Positions 1 to 14,675 are shown, numbered from the stretch's first letter. The stretch is 64,000 nucleotides of DNA from Piromyces finnis finn (GCA_002104945.1 MCFH01000001.1:124001-188000); one strand, 5' to 3'. The notes: generated from the letters alone by a model not told the origin. A program made the numbers and translations.

Positions 1-3000
1 TCAGCAAATGGGATAAGATCAACCCAGTTATTCTGCTTTTTATTTATAAAACAACGGAAATATTGTTCTAATATGCCGTTCACCCTCTCCGTTTGACCAT
101 CTGTCTGCGGATGGTTAGCAGTCGATAATGAATGATTAATATTAAGAAGGTCACAAAGTCTTAACCAAAAATCAGAAGTAAATTGCGAGCCTCTATCAGA
201 GATGATGGAATCAGGAAGACCATGCAAACGGAAGACATTAGCAATAAAAACATCAGCAGCAATCGAAACGGTAGGAAGACAACGTAAAGGAATAGCGTGA
301 GCAAATTTAGTAAATCTATCGACAACAACCATAAGAGTTGTCATATCTCTGGACTTAGGAAGATCAACAATAAAATCAATAGAAATATCAGACCAGGGCC
401 TACTGGGAGTGTCCAAAGGGGATAACAATCCATAAGGCTTATATCTGGGGACTTTGGATTTGCAACAAGTCACGCAAGATTTGATAAAAGATTTAACGTC
501 TGAATGAAATCTTGGCCACCAAAAGTTTCTGGAAATCATTTCAGTGGTTTTCTTAATACCGAAATGACCAGCAGCAACAGAATCATGATGAAGCTCCAAA
601 ATTCTTGTCCTAAGAGATTTAGGAACATAAATAAGATTATTATATAACAAAAATCCTTCATCATCAAAAATAACTTTATCAATATTTTTAATAGGTGCAT
701 TTCCTGTAGAATCATTCATTTTAAATTTGACAATGGAATTATACAAATCATCATTTTTAAGTTCTAATAAAATAGAATCGATTAACGGTTTGTTATCGCT
801 ATGATGGAGCGAAATAGAAAGACAAGAAACATCAGGATTAATAACATTCACTAAATGATCACTTCTACGAGACAGGATATCAGGCTTACCTGATTTCTTT
901 CCAGCTCTATAAATGAGTTTAAAATCAAATCTGGATAAGAACAAATTCCATCTAATTTGTCTCTGAGATAACATTTCAGGTTTTCTAGGAAATGTTAAAT
1001 TCTTGTGATCAGTATAAATTATGAACGGATGGCGTGCACCTTCTAAATAATGACGCCATTCTTCAAGTACAACTACAATAGCTAAAAGTTCCTCGTCATA
1101 TATAGGATAGTTTCTTTGACAGCTTGTCAAACTTTTAGAAAGAAATGCAATAGGATGTAATTTGCCATCAAACTCTTGAGAGAGAATAGCACCGACAGCA
1201 TAGTTACTAGCATCAGTTTCTACAATAAATTGTTTATTACTATCCGCATGTTTCAGAATAGGAGCTGACGTGAACAAAGTTTTTAATAAAATAAAAGCGT
1301 CCTGATCTTCTTTCACCCAGTTAAAAGCAACATTCTTTCTAGTGAGTTTGTGAAGAGGGTTTGCAACTTTAGCAAAGTCTTTAATAAAAATTCTGTAGTA
1401 GTTGCATAAACCAATAAAAGACTGAACCTCTTTAACATTCTTGGGAACCGGCCAATCGAGAATTGCTTTAACTTTATTCTCATCCATTTGCAACCCATCT
1501 TTTGAAATGACATAACCAAGAAAAGTGGTTTTCTTAACATCAAACTCACATTTTTCTAATTTAACATAAAGATTATTTTCAAGTAGTTTCTTAAGTACCT
1601 TTTTAACATGCACATGATGTTCTTCGATATTATTAGAATAAATAAGAATATCATCAATATATGAGATAACAAAATCATCTAAATAATCACTAAGGACATC
1701 GTTAATGAAGTGTTGAAAAGTTGCAGATGCATTTTTTCAATCCAAAAGGCATAACTAGATATTCAAAATGACCATATCTAGTACGAAAAGCCGTTTTGTA
1801 TTCATCACCTTCTTTAATACGAACAAGATTATAAGCGGATTTAAGGTCTAATTTAGTAAAAATCTTAGCATTTTTCACCCTATCCATAAGGTCACTTATT
1901 AAGGGTAAAGGATATGAATTACGAATTGTAATATCATTCAACTTTCTATATTCGATACAAAGTCTTAGGGAGCCATCATTCTTTTTAACAAATAAAATTG
2001 GGGCACCAGTAGGAGATGATGATTTCCTAATAAAACCTTTATTTAAATTATCATCAATATATTTTTTAAGTTCCTCTCTTTCAACTTCAGTTAATGGATA
2101 TAAAGGTCCATAAAATAAAGTCGAATCATCTTTAAGTTTGATTTCACAATCATAAGGTCTATGAGGAGGTAACACTTCACAATTTTTTTCATTAAACACT
2201 TCACTAAATTCTAAATATTGGGTTGGTACGGTGACCAATTTATCTTTATTAATATCTTTTCCATTATTATTATTATTACTACATGATTCATTATCATTAT
2301 TACATGTTTCATTAATTTTTGTTACAATACATTTAACTTTTTTATTAAAACTAATATATTCATCATCGCTATCATCTTCATCATTGATGGTTCTAACAAG
2401 GCGGCCTTTAACATATTCTTTTTCTTCATTGTTTGGGACAGAGGGATCTACTTTCGGCTTTTTGGTCAAGCTTCGGTCGAGAACATCATGATCTAACTGA
2501 TCATTCTTTGACTTCTTTCTTGGTTTTCTCTTTCTTTTGCCTTTATTACAATGTCTGGCACAATAACCAGAACTAAAAGCGATTTTCTTAGAGTCGTAGA
2601 AAGCATTTGGATTATGCTTCTTAATCCATGGCAAACCAAGAATAACATCAACACCGGGGACTTGTAATCCATAAAGTTGAATTACTTCGAAGTGATTTTT
2701 GCAACGGAGCATGCACTTCTCAGTCCTTTCCCAAACACTAACAACTCCATCACTAACACCTGAAACACGGAATGGTTCCACTTTTTCAAAATTAACACCA
2801 AGTTCTTCAGCAAGACTTGGATTAATGAAATTTAATTCAGAACCGGAATCAATTAAAACCTTAATTTTAACTTCCGAAACTTCATTGGTACTTAAGTAAA
2901 AGTCCACAAGGTTTAAATCACTTTTCACTCCCTTGACTCCAACTTTGTAAATTTTTGGATTAACAATTTTTGGAGTCCTTTCTTTAACAATTCTTAACAC

Positions 3001-3786
3001 TTTTCTGGGCTTTACTCTATTAGGACAATTAAACTTTAAATGTCCCGGTTGTTTACAAAGAAAACATAACCCCTTTTTCTTTTCTTCTTCAAAATTGTCT
3101 ATGTTTTCATTGTAATTTTTACTTGATCCTTGGATATTCACATACCTTTTGCGTTTATTTTCTCTACTAATTCTAAATACATCCACATCCATAGGATCGT
3201 TAGCCCTTCTACCATTAAAATAAAATTCACTTAGAGAATTCCTTTTCATCATATCTTCAACTAAAATAGTTGAAGAAATCAATTGTTCAATTGAAGTTGG
3301 GTTTGATTCAATGAAAGCCAACTTCTCCCTAAGTGGTGGTAATAAGCCTTTCAGAAACATGTAGATTTTTGCGCTGTCATTAAAGCTTGAATTTTGGCTA
3401 ATACGTTGAAACTCGGTAATGTAATCTAATACCTGACCAAGTTTCCTTTGGCGAAGATTATCTAATTTTCCGTTAGCTACAACGGTATCGTATCTATAAC
3501 TGCCAAAATTAGCCTTCAACCTATCTACAAATTCATCATAATGGTTTAAAACCCCACTATTATTCTTCATCAACACTGAAGCCCATTCCAAAGGTTTACC
3601 AGAGAAGTATGATATAACAAAGTCGACCTTGGCTCGATCTGTATTATACAGTGTCGGTCGAGTACGAAATACCAACTCCACTCTAGTTAAAAATCCATCC
3701 AATTCTCTTTGTTTACCAGAAAATATCGGTGGAGCATTAATAATGTTCCCCGAATTCCCAGAAACACCCACAGTCCTATCACCCAT
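1..3786 (-). pseudogene. gag-pol: A1 gag-pol, frameshifted in RT
   Basis: CCHC knuckle [14 protein letters not shown], protease LIDSGS, RT. One extra base at ~1732-1738 relative to A2 breaks [13 protein letters not shown]. First in-frame ATG is 3786 (the track start at 3828 is TTG). RT/RH/IN sequence continues to the window edge. Confidence 0.9.
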
Positions 3787-4054
3787 CTCTAAATTTAAAT
3801 TTTCAAACTCACTAATCAAGTCCTCCAACTTACTAAAATAAATAAAATGTTTTCTTACTACTATTTCAAGTAAGTAATTTTTTTTTAATACACTAATTCA
3901 ATTTACTTAGACACAAAAGTTATTCAAACGCGTTCTGCGAAGCAGTGTCGAAGAAGTTTTGTATCTATATATCTATATACTAGGTTTTATAGCAGCGGTA
4001 GAATTTCTTTTGACTAAGACAGAAGCAGAGTATACCTAGAATTTACCTAATAGA

Positions 4055-4172
4055 TTCTTCTTCTATAGTAGTAACCAAGTTCTTCTTCTTTGGTAGTAAC
4101 TAAGCTCTTCTTCTTTGGTAGTAACCAAGTTCTTCTTCTTTGGTAGTACTAAGCTCTTCTTCTTTGGTAGTA
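4055..4172. repeat. ~25-nt tandem repeat (about 5 units) in the A1 leader
   Basis: Unit TTCTTCTTCTTTGGTAGTAACCAAG, with variants. Confidence 0.9.
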
Positions 4173-4213
4173 GATATCCTAACGTACTCTTGAAGTAGTT
4201 AGGTAATTGTTAT

Positions 4214-4827
4214 TGTAATGCTGACACAGAAAGAATAGATTAGGATATCTATTCTATTACAATAACACTAAATTTAAAATAAAATAAAAAATTGTTTTAT
4301 TAAAAATATCTTTTATTATAATAGAAATTTTATTAATAACAATTACATCGATAAAATGATGAAAAATATCTTCTATTTATATTTTTCCTAAATACATTTA
4401 TATTATATTATAACTATTTATTTCTTATATATTATTACTTAAAATCTACACTAAAATCTTAATTATTAATAAATATTTAAACTATAACTATTTTTTAGTA
4501 AAATACAATTGGCAATTCAAATTAAGTACTATTCAATTTGAATATGTGCCCATGTATTATTGATATATTAATCATTTATTATTTATATATTATTTATCTA
4601 TTTCTATGAAAAAACAATACTAAAACTAGGGATTTAAATTGAGAATTTTAATTTACTTGTTAAACATTAAAAATAAATAAATAATTTATTTTGTTTTAAA
4701 CTTTAATTATTAATAAATAAATTATGTCTCATTTTCTTTTTCTGAATAATTTGTGTAACTTAAACAATAATACTTATGGCTTAAGTTACATTAAAGATAT
4801 CAAGTTGAGGCGTTTGATATCTTTACA
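4214..4827 (-). repeat. A1 5' LTR (614 bp)
   Basis: TGTAA...TTACA termini; homologous to A2 LTRs. Confidence 0.95.
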
Positions 4828-5121
4828 TTGTTCTGATTTTAATCACTATAATTATAAGTGTTATGAAAATTTGAGTTTTGGAGATTAAAGGGAATGTTGG
4901 AATAATTGTTGTTATTGGATTTCTTTGGATTAGGGGAATGGTAATCATAAGGTTCGACTAATGATTCCATATTGTTATTGTTATTATATATATTATTATT
5001 TTTTGAATTATTATTAATATTGAAATTTGAGGAGTCGGCTGAGTCGAACTCATGATTACCAATTTGCTGGTTAAATTTTGTATTGTTATTGCTGATTGTA
5101 CCACTGTTCATTCCCCTACTT
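4828..5121 (-). pseudogene. Degraded host Copia-1, IN-RT spacer fragment
   Basis: Asn-rich ORF 4839-5111. Joins 14676-14760 once the TACTT-flanked insertions are removed. Confidence 0.65.
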
Positions 5122-5123
5122 TG

Positions 5124-5622
5124 TGTAAAAGGTGTTTTTATAATATTAGTTAATAAGTTATTAATATTTAGCTAATTAAGTTAGTTATTACCTCTCTATA
5201 CGAGTTAATAACTAAATAAAGTTTTATAAAAAATAATAAAAGAAATAAAATAAATATTATAACACTAAAATAATTACAAACAAACGTATAAAGATTTTAT
5301 GAAATAATGTTTACTTAAATAATTCTATATTAATTATATCTTTTATTTATTAATTATAATTATATACATTAATTATTATTATAGCTATTAATTTACTTTA
5401 ATACTAACGCTAAAGTATTTAACGTTAGTTTCAACTATACTATTTAACTATACTAGTTTATTTTCTATACCACTTGATTGGGTAAAGTAAATAAACTTCC
5501 TATTTAATTAATAACCATTAATATATGGTTATACATATATCTGGCCAATAAATGGTTACCAGAATATATGGTTTCAATTGAAATATTTGTGGGCAAACTT
5601 ATGGCCACAAATATTTCTTACA
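5124..5622 (-). repeat. B1 3' LTR
   Basis: TGTAAAAGG...TTCTTACA on the + strand, adjacent to the PPT. Confidence 0.95.
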
Positions 5623-8600
5623 ATGCCCCCCTAAGGAGAAAACCTAGGCAGGGTTTTGGACACTAACCATGAATTCCTGGTAGCATTTATCTTGAAATTC
5701 CTTGAGTAGCTTATCATAGTGGGAGTTCTTGTCAATGATATCAGCATCAACCCACTCTTGCCTAAAGTCACTAAAGGTAGCTAAGTATTGGTAGTTATCC
5801 TTCTTTCTTCTGGCATTCATGATTTTGATGATTTTCTGGTAGCCCACTGGTGCAGGTGTTAGTTCTTCAGGTTTGTTATGGTAGGGTTCAAGTTCACTGA
5901 TATGAAACACTGGGTAGACGTTGGGGAAAGGTGACTTGCTGATATCCAACTTCTAAGGTACATACTTACATAGGAGTTGTTACGTTCTACCTGACCAACC
6001 GTTTCGTGATGGCCAGTAGTAGCAAGGTTTACTTCTACGCCAAAGAACCCCATAATGTCCTTCCACAACTTACTAGTGAACTGGACACCACGATCCGTAG
6101 TAACCGATTTGGGACAACCATGTAACTTGAATACATGTTGTAAGTATGCTAAGGCTGTTTCTTTAGCAGTAGGCATACTCCTAAATCCCACTAAGTGTAT
6201 CATTTTGGTTAACTTATCGCTACAAACCATGATACAACCTCTTCTAGTGACTTCTGGGGGTTCTGAGGGACTACTACCTGGTTTTCTGCGTTCCTTAATA
6301 GGTAGGTCCGTCAGGAAGTCAATTTCTACTTCTTGCCAAGGTAAGTCTGCAACTTTTACCCTAGCAGCGCTACCGTACGGCTTGTGTCTGTTGTCCTTTT
6401 GGGTACAACATATGGTACAAGCTTTAATATAACCCGCAATGTCATCCTTCATTTTTGGCCAGTAATAGTTTCTGGCTATCAGGTCGTAAGTCTTATCCTT
6501 TCCTAAGTGACCCGCTGTTTCACTATCATGGTTAAGTTTTATGATTGTTTCCCTTAACACCTTTGGTACATATGTACGTTCTGGTGCATCCTTCCTAACA
6601 ATCAACCCATTAACCATCAACCACTTCTTTTTGATGAGCTTGTGGCCTCTTTTTGCGTCAAGACCATCTCTAATTTCCCTAGCAAGCTCATCCGTGTTGT
6701 AAGCTTGTTTCAATTCTCCCACGAAGCTTACTTCTAACACCGCATAGCACTCTTCTTCCACGGGTGGAAATTCTTTTACCTGTTCAGGTCGAAGGAGGCT
6801 AGCTTTTTCCATCTCCAGTTGTACCTGTTCTGGAGATACCATTCTTGATAGGATATCGGCTCTACCATTCATTTTTCCTGGCCGATATATTATTTCGAAG
6901 TTGTATGCAGCAAACAGCTCTTGCCATCTTGCCTGTCTTTCTGTTAACAACTGTGGTTTTGTGGCGAATAGGAGGTTCCTGTGGTCACTATATACTAGGA
7001 CCTTATGTTTCGCACCCATTAACAGGTGTCGCCACTCGATGAAAGCATTCCTAATAGCCAACAACTCCTTTTCCGTGATGGAGTAGTTGATTTCTGCTTT
7101 CGTAAGCTTCTTGGAATAGTAATACACAGGGTGTAATTCGTTGTCATCGCCTAGTTGTGATAGTACACCACCCACCGCGTAGTTACTAGCGTCGCACTCC
7201 ACTATGAACTGACGGTCATGGTCAGGATATGCTAATACTGGTGGAGACAACAGCATTTCTTTTAACTTCTCGAACGCCTGGATGCGTTCTTCATTCCACA
7301 GGAACTGTACCTTTTTGGACGTCATAGAATATAACGGCCTTGCTATCTTAGAGAAGTCCTTTATAAACTTCCTATAATAGTTGCAGAATCCAAGGAATGA
7401 CTGTAGTTCTTTGAGGTTGGTTGGTTGTGGCCAACTTGCTACAGCTTTTAACTTCTCTGGGTCGGTTTTAATACCATATTTTCCAACTACGTGACCCAGG
7501 AATGCAAGTTCTTCCTTGTGGAACTCACACTTCGCTAACTTAGCTACTAGACGATTGTCTATTGGCTTTTGTAGGACTCTTTTTACATGCCCTACATGCT
7601 CTTCAAGTGACTTGGAGTAGATGATGATATCATCCAAGTACACCTGACAGCAGTCATTGATTTCCTCTGCCAACACTGTATTAATGAACCCTTGGAACGT
7701 GGCAGGAGCATTAGTCAACCCAAATGGCATCACTAAATATTCGTAATGCCCAAACTTGGTTGAGAATGCCGTCTTGTATTCGTCACCTTCACGAATACGC
7801 ACGAGGTTGTAGGCAGACTTCAAATCCAACTTGGAGAAGATAGTCGCGCCTTTCATAGCCTCGAACACTTGACTGATAAGTGGTAAGGGAAAGGAGTTAC
7901 GCACTGTCACCTTATTAAGACGCCTGTAGTCAGTACATAATCGCCTTTCACCACTCTTTTTGGGCACGAACAACACAAGATAACCTGCAGGACTCTCTGA
8001 CTTCCTGATGAAGCCCTTTGCCAGGTTTTCCTCTATATATTCCTTCAGTGCTTTTTCCTCTTCTGGATTGAAGGGATATATAGGCCCTTTATGAAGACTA
8101 GCATCCGGCTCCAGGTCGATCTTACAGTCGTAAGGACGGTGTTCTGGTAGCTGGTTGGCTATTTCTTCATTAAATGCTTCTTTGAAATTGTGGTAGTACT
8201 TCTCCACGATTTCTTCAGGTGTAGGTTGATTTTCGTTTGAGTTTTCTTCCTGTACCAACCCTACGTAAATGTGATTTTTCTCTAAGTTTGACTCTTGTAC
8301 CAACCTTCCTGAAACACAAGTTTTCTCTAAGTTGGATTCAAATGCCAACCCTCCGGAATCACATTTTTTCTCTAAGTTAGCACTCTGTACCAACCCTACT
8401 GAAACACAAGTTTTCTCTAAGTTGGAACTCGATGCCAACCCTCCGGAACTCCCATTTCTGGTTTCTTTTGTAGCCTTGTGGCTACCATTACCCACGATTT
8501 CGGCTTCTATGTTTTCCGCAGTTACAGTTACCAGAGGCCTTCTTGCTTTTGCATTAGTAACTGTAGTTATGGAACTTAATTGAGTACAGTAGTAGATGTC

Positions 8601-10657
8601 GCCACCATTTACACCATAACTGTTGGTATGTCCTTTATCATTATCATTATCTACTACGAAGTACCTCACTTGTGCATCTTTATCATAACCTCTATAGATA
8701 AAGTGCTCATCCATGAAGCCCAGTCCCACAATGATCATCTCCGGCATGTTGTCGGATAGGTGACAACTTGTGTTGAAGCAGTATGGTTTAGCTTCTTGTT
8801 CGCCAGATGGAGTTAACCATAACTTCAACTGCAAGTCATCTGAGAACTGCTTTAACTCGATATCTCCATTCACAGTTCTGAATATGGCTGGTTTGTCCAC
8901 TACCTTTAACCCGAGCTTCTTTGCTAAATTTGGGTGGATGAGGTTTGTAGTGGAACCAGTATCATACAAGACTTCTACCCTTTTTATATCACGAGGGTTG
9001 CTTCTTGCATTTATTTCAGCTACTAGTTGGTTCTGACTGTAGTAACTGTTATTGACCGTCGTTTGACTTGCCATAGCCTTAGGTAATGGGTTATTTCCCA
9101 TACTAGAAGGTCCTTGCTTTGGTTGGAAGCTAGAACTTCTTCTAAAGCTTGACTTATTTAAGGATTCACGACGTTCTTTAGTACCGTTATTGTTTTTTGC
9201 GTAAGCCTGAGTGTTGGTCTGCTCAACTTTAGGCTTATTATTTGGCTTGTTGTTCTTCTGCTTTAACTCAGCCCATCTAGATGGTCTACATGGGTCTGTA
9301 ATGTCCAACAAGGCCATAATAGTGGTCTGGCGGTCTCTTTTGTCGTACTTTTCTATGGTTTCATTACGGAAGACTGCTTGGTGATCATCGCACTTTAACA
9401 AGACTTCACTTAATGTTTCCAGCGTACGTTCCTGTTCAGGGATATCATAGAACGCTTCCCTGACAGAAGGCCTGACCTGTTGTATTAACACCTGTCTCCT
9501 AACATTTTCAGGGAGCCCAAGTGTTTCCGTCAATTCATTGAACTCTTCCAAGTAATCGTATGCTTTTCCCCACTCATGTGTGAGCTTAAGCAACTTTGAC
9601 TTGCAGAGTTCATGGGGAGACTCTGGTGGAAACTTATCTTGAAGGTGGAGGAATAGTCTTCCAGCATCAGGATTCCTACGCTGCAACATCCTCTCTCTAA
9701 GTCTATACCATCTCAATACTTTCCCACCTAGATGATCTTCAATGAAGCTAACCTTTGCCTTTTCGTCGTTACCATAGTCATATGGGTAACGTTTGAAATG
9801 ACGTAAGCATTTCTCTTGAAAACCCTCTAAGTCTATCCCATTATTATCAAACATAGGCACTTTTTCTTCATACCTATGTACTCGCCAGTCGAACATCTTC
9901 ATGTCCCCATACTCGGAGTATTCCGTAGGGTTGGTGCTACTACTAGTTCCAGCACCATGAGGATTACCCATACCACCGGTTTGATAGGATGTTCTTTCAT
10001 GAGCTCTGGCTTCAGCTCTTCTGTTCATGGCTTCGACTTTAGCCTCGAACAATTTTTCTCTTTCTTCTAGAGCGTTTCGTTGCTCCCTCAATCTGGCCAT
10101 CTCTTCTTCAAGCTCTTTTTTATAAGAGACAAAGGCACTAGATTGGCGGTACAACGTTTCTTGGTTGTTTAGCACTTGCTGGTGGTCTTGTAACCTTTCC
10201 TCATGTTCTGCAGTAAAGGCATTTTCCACAGCATGCAGCTCTTCCAAGCTAACTTGGCTAGCTGACTCATTTGCTTCCAACCTTTGATCCACTTCAACAA
10301 ATTTTTGCTGAAGAGCATCGTTTATCTCGCTCTTGTAAACCTCAATACCCCGAAGTTGTTCTTCCATAGCACCCAGACGGTTTCCCATACTAGCAAACTG
10401 GCTAGATATTTCCGAAACCCATCTATTAAGAAGAACTTCAATGTGCTGCATTGGGTTTACCTCACTATTATTAGTAAAAAAGAAAGAAGGATCAACAGGG
10501 GCGGGCATAGAATCCCCCTGTTGAACCTGTAAATTCTGATTAGATTCGACCTCAGTGCTTTCGAGAAGCACCGGGGTTCGAACCCGTGACATTCCCTCTA
10601 CACCATCCATGCCATCCGCGCTCGCCGCGTCAGGACGGGTCCCGTCCCTTACGAATG

Positions 10658-11887
10658 TGTTGATAAATAATAATTATAAATATATTATACATTTGATATT
10701 AGTAGAAATTTTTATTATAAAATAATTATTAAATAATTTTATATAGTTTATTATAAAAATATAATTTACATAAAATCAAATATTTTATAAATTTATATAT
10801 TTGATTGGGTTAAATTATAAAAATAATTTTTATTATAAAGAATAATAATAATTTTTAGTAGAAAATGAGAAGACTTAGATTACTAATAATAAGTTAAATT
10901 TTAATAATAGTTAATATAATTAATTAGTGAATACATAATAATATTTAAAAGACAAAAATAAGTTTTTATATAATAAAAATTATTGTTAAAAAGAGCGTAA
11001 GAACAATAAATAAAAGAAAATATAAAAACGAAATTAAACTTGTCTAATTTGTAATTATTGTGTTAATAATAAATAATATTTTATAGAATAAATCTGGTGT
11101 TATTATTCTATATAAATATTATTAAAATAATAAAACTATTAAAATTATAAAATAACTTAAAATAAATTAATAAAACTAGTAGATATTGTTAAAGCTCGTA
11201 CAATAGCTGTCGAGATAAAACAATATAAGATAACAGAAGAAGTAGTTAAAAAGTTGTAATATAACTACCAATCCGTTATCAGTGTCAAAAAGCGATTTTT
11301 TATTAAAGAAAAGTGCGGTAAGCACACTAGTTATATTAATTAACAAATATAATACGCTTTCCTATTGAAGGCGTAAAGCTAATAAGAAAATTAAATAATA
11401 TTTTTATTTTAGCAATAACTTAATATCAGCATATATTAAGTTATTAAAAATATTAAAATTTTTAAAGTTTTAGGTTTTATAGAAGTTTATAAATTTTATT
11501 AACTTTAAGTTAAAAAATTACTAACGCTAAAGCTTCGTAATTTTTGTCAATTTTTGTTCTTTTTATACATGAACAATTTTAATTATTACATTTTTTAATT
11601 TTAATTAATTATTGTTTAATTATAAAATATTTAATTTTTATAAATTAATAATTAATATAATTATTGTAAATAGTTAATAAATTTAAAATAAAATTTTTAA
11701 TAATAAAATTTTAATAATTTTAAAAAATTTAATAATTTCAAATATTAGAAATTTTATACTTTGAAATTTTTTAATAAAAATTTAAAAAATAAATTTTTTC
11801 AAATTTTCAAATTTTCAAATTTTAAAAAATTTTTAATTTTTTCCATGTGTCCAAATTTTTTAAATTTTTATATATGTTATTATGACA
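10658..11887. mobile_element. Solo LTR family H, copy H1 (~605 bp), interrupted after 3 nt by K1
   Basis: TGTCA...TGACA termini; TSD GAATG (10653-10657 / 11888-11892); inverted homologue at 14080-14670. Confidence 0.85.
10661..11281. mobile_element. Solo LTR-like element family K, copy K1 (621 bp)
   Basis: TGATAA...TTATCA termini; 4-bp TSD GTGT (10657-10660 / 11282-11285); homologue at 49598-56490. Confidence 0.8.
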
Positions 11888-12253
11888 GAATGATGTTTTT
11901 GTGTCCAATTTATGGACACCTCGAGGGTTAGGAGACTTACCTGTATTTTTCATTTCTAATTCAAAAATAAATTCTTTCAATAAATTAAAGAATTTATTAT
12001 AAAATATGATTGTGATGAATTTTAAAATTTAAAATAATGAATTTTTTATTACTAAACTATTAGAAAAATAATTATTTTTAATAATAAATTTACTTCTTTT
12101 AAATATAATATTTGAATATTATATAAAATATTGTAAATAATTATTATTAAACAATAATTTAAATAAAATAAAATATGTTTTTTAAGAACTTTTAATAAAA
12201 CTAACCTAATTAAAACTAAGCTAACGTAAGAACTAACTATAAAGCGTTAGTAT

Positions 12254-12752
12254 TGTAAAAGGTGTTTTTATAATATTAGTTAATAAGTTATTAATATTTA
12301 GCTAATTAAGTTAGTTATTACCTCTCTATACGAGTTAATAACTAAATAAAGTTTTATAAAAAATAATAAAAGAAATAAAATAAATATTATAACACTAAAA
12401 TAATTACAAACAAACGTATAAAGATTTTATGAAATAATGTTTACTTAAATAATTCTATATTAATTATATCTTTTATTTATTAATTATAATTATATACATT
12501 AATTATTATTATAGTTACTAATTTACTTTAATACTAACGCTAAAGTATTTAACGTTAGTTTCAACTATACTATTTAACTATATTAGTTTATTTTCTTTAC
12601 CACTTGATTGGGTAAAATAAATAAACTTCCTATTTAATTAATAATCATTAATATATGGTTATACATATATCTGGCCAATAAATGGTTACCAGAATATATG
12701 GTTTCAATTGAAATATTTGTGGGCAAACTTATGGCCACAAATATTTCTTACA
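12254..12752 (-). repeat. B1 5' LTR
   Basis: A handful of substitutions relative to 5124-5622; adjacent to the PBS. Confidence 0.95.
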
Positions 12753-12755
12753 CTT

Positions 12756-14074
12756 TGTAAAAGGTTTATTATTGTAAAATAAACTGACTAGTTCAGGTTT
12801 GTATACATACACTAAACTAAATTAAAACAAGTAAACTAATTAATTTTTATATTATTTTATTTATAATTTTATTAATAATCTATTCTAAAAAACAACCGTT
12901 GATTACTTTACCGTGAAGATTATTTTACCAGAGCCCTCACTAGGTAATCAATTTATATTTATTTAATACTAAAATTATTAATCTAAACTATAAACTAATG
13001 TTAATTTATCTATACTAAATTAACCTATACGATTTTCCAACTATCGTTTCAATAGTTGAAAAATTTTCTTTATTTATACTTTTTAAATAAATTGAATAAA
13101 TTCTAATATACATGTTTCAATATTATAATTTTACATTATTTACATTTATACATTTATTAAAAGAAATTATTTGTATTAAACTATTTAAATTCAATTGATT
13201 TACTAAAGAATTTTCTAAACTTAAAATAAAGTTTTGATTTATTTACTATATGGTTGATTATATTTCAAACATATATTCAATTTATTTATTTCTAATTTTG
13301 AGGCTTAGTTTATAAAAAAAATTTTTTATTATCTAAAATATTTATTGGTTAAAAATTATTTAATTTAAAATTTTATTTTATCATCAAAACTTTATCTTAT
13401 CATAAAATTAAATTTTACATAAATTTATGTTAATGTATTGTGATATAAATTTTTGTAATTAAAAAATAAAATTTACATAAATTTATGTTAACGTATTGTG
13501 ATATAAATTTTGTAAAATTTTACAGTACATTAATTTAATACATTATACATTATTTTAAATACGTATTAATACATTATTCTATTAATACAATATTTTACAA
13601 TTATAATAAGTTATTAATTAGTCAATTAAGTTAGTTATTACCTCTCTATACGAGTTAATAACTAAATAAAGTTTTATAAAAAATAATAAAAGAAGGAAAA
13701 TAAATATTATAACACTAAAATAAATATAAACACAGATAATTATTTTATGAAATAAATTTACTTAAATAATTATTCGTTAATTATATCTTTTATTTATTTA
13801 TTTATTATAATTATAATACATTAATTATTATTATAGCTATTAATTTACTTTAATACTAACGCTAAAATATTTAGCGTTAGTTTTAGCTATGCTATTTAAC
13901 TACATTAGTTTATTTTCTTTACCACTTGATTGGGTAAAGCAAATAAACTTCCTATTTAATTAATAACCATTAATATATGGTTATGCATATATCTGGCCAA
14001 TAAATGGTGACCAGAATATATGGTTTCAATTGAAATATTTGTGGGTAAACTTACGGCCACAAATATTTCTTACA
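12756..14074 (-). mobile_element. Solo LTR family B, interrupted by D1; its first TG was duplicated by the B1 insertion
   Basis: TSD TACTT (5117-5121 / 14075-14079). Confidence 0.85.
12773..13599. mobile_element. Solo LTR family D, copy D1 (inverted relative to D2 and D3)
   Basis: TGTAAAAT...ATTTTACA; TSD ATTAT (12768-12772 / 13600-13604). Confidence 0.9.
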
Positions 14075-14079
14075 TACTT

Positions 14080-14670
14080 TGTCACAATAACATATATAAA
14101 AATTTAAAAAATTTGGACACATGGAAAAAATTAAAAATTTTTTTAAAATTTGAAAAAATTTCTATTAAATTTCTATTAAAAAATTTTAAAGTATAAAATT
14201 TCTAATATTTGAAATTATTAAATTTTTTTTAAAATTATTAAAATTTTATTATTAAAAATTTTATTTTAAATTTATTAACTATTTACAATAATTATATTAA
14301 TTATTAATTTATAAAAATTAAATATTTTATAATTAGACAATAATTAATTAAAATTAAAAAATGTAATAATTAAAATTGTTCATATATAAAAAGAACAAAA
14401 ATTGACAAAAATTACGAAGCTTTAGCGTTAGTAATTTTTTTAACTTAAAGTTAATAAAATTTATAAACTCCTATAAAACCTAAAACTTTAAAAATTTTAA
14501 TATTTTTAATAACTTAATATATGCTGATATTAAGTTATTGCTAAAATAAAAATATTATTTAATTTTCTTATTAGCTTTACGCCTTCAATAGGAAAGCGTA
14601 TTATATTTGTTAATTGATATAACTAGTGTGCTTACCACACTTTTCTTTAATAAAAAATCACTTTTTGACA
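14080..14670. mobile_element. Solo LTR family H, copy H2
   Basis: Reverse complement of H1; TSD TACTT (14075-14079 / 14671-14675). Confidence 0.9.
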
Positions 14671-14675
14671 TACTT

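Larger units (their letters stand above)
1..4827 (-). mobile_element. Ty3/Gypsy LTR retrotransposon family A, copy A1 (3' end outside window)
   Basis: 5' LTR at 4214-4827, PBS at 4203-4213, gag-pol nearly identical to A2 (50783-55375). Confidence 0.95.
5644..11953 (-). pseudogene. gag-pol: B1 gag-pol, broken by the H+K insertion in 5' gag and a ~0.42-kb frameshifting deletion in the IN C-terminus
   Basis: Near-identical to B2 ORF. ATG at 11953. Insertion 10658-11887. B2 bases ~16427-16848 are missing at ~5951. Confidence 0.9.
5124..12752 (-). mobile_element. Ty3/Gypsy family B, copy B1 (disrupted)
   Basis: LTRs 5124-5622 and 12254-12752; TSD CTTTG (5119-5123 / 12753-12757); PPT TTAGGGGGGCAT; PBS 12243-12253. 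Confidence 0.95.

Noticed and set aside
4055-4172. CRISPR-like array (also 55570-55765)
   Set aside because: No unique spacers, no cas genes, eukaryotic retroelement leader
4839-5111. Asn-rich 90-aa ORF as a host gene
   Set aside because: It joins the Copia-1 post-integrase frame once insertions are removed
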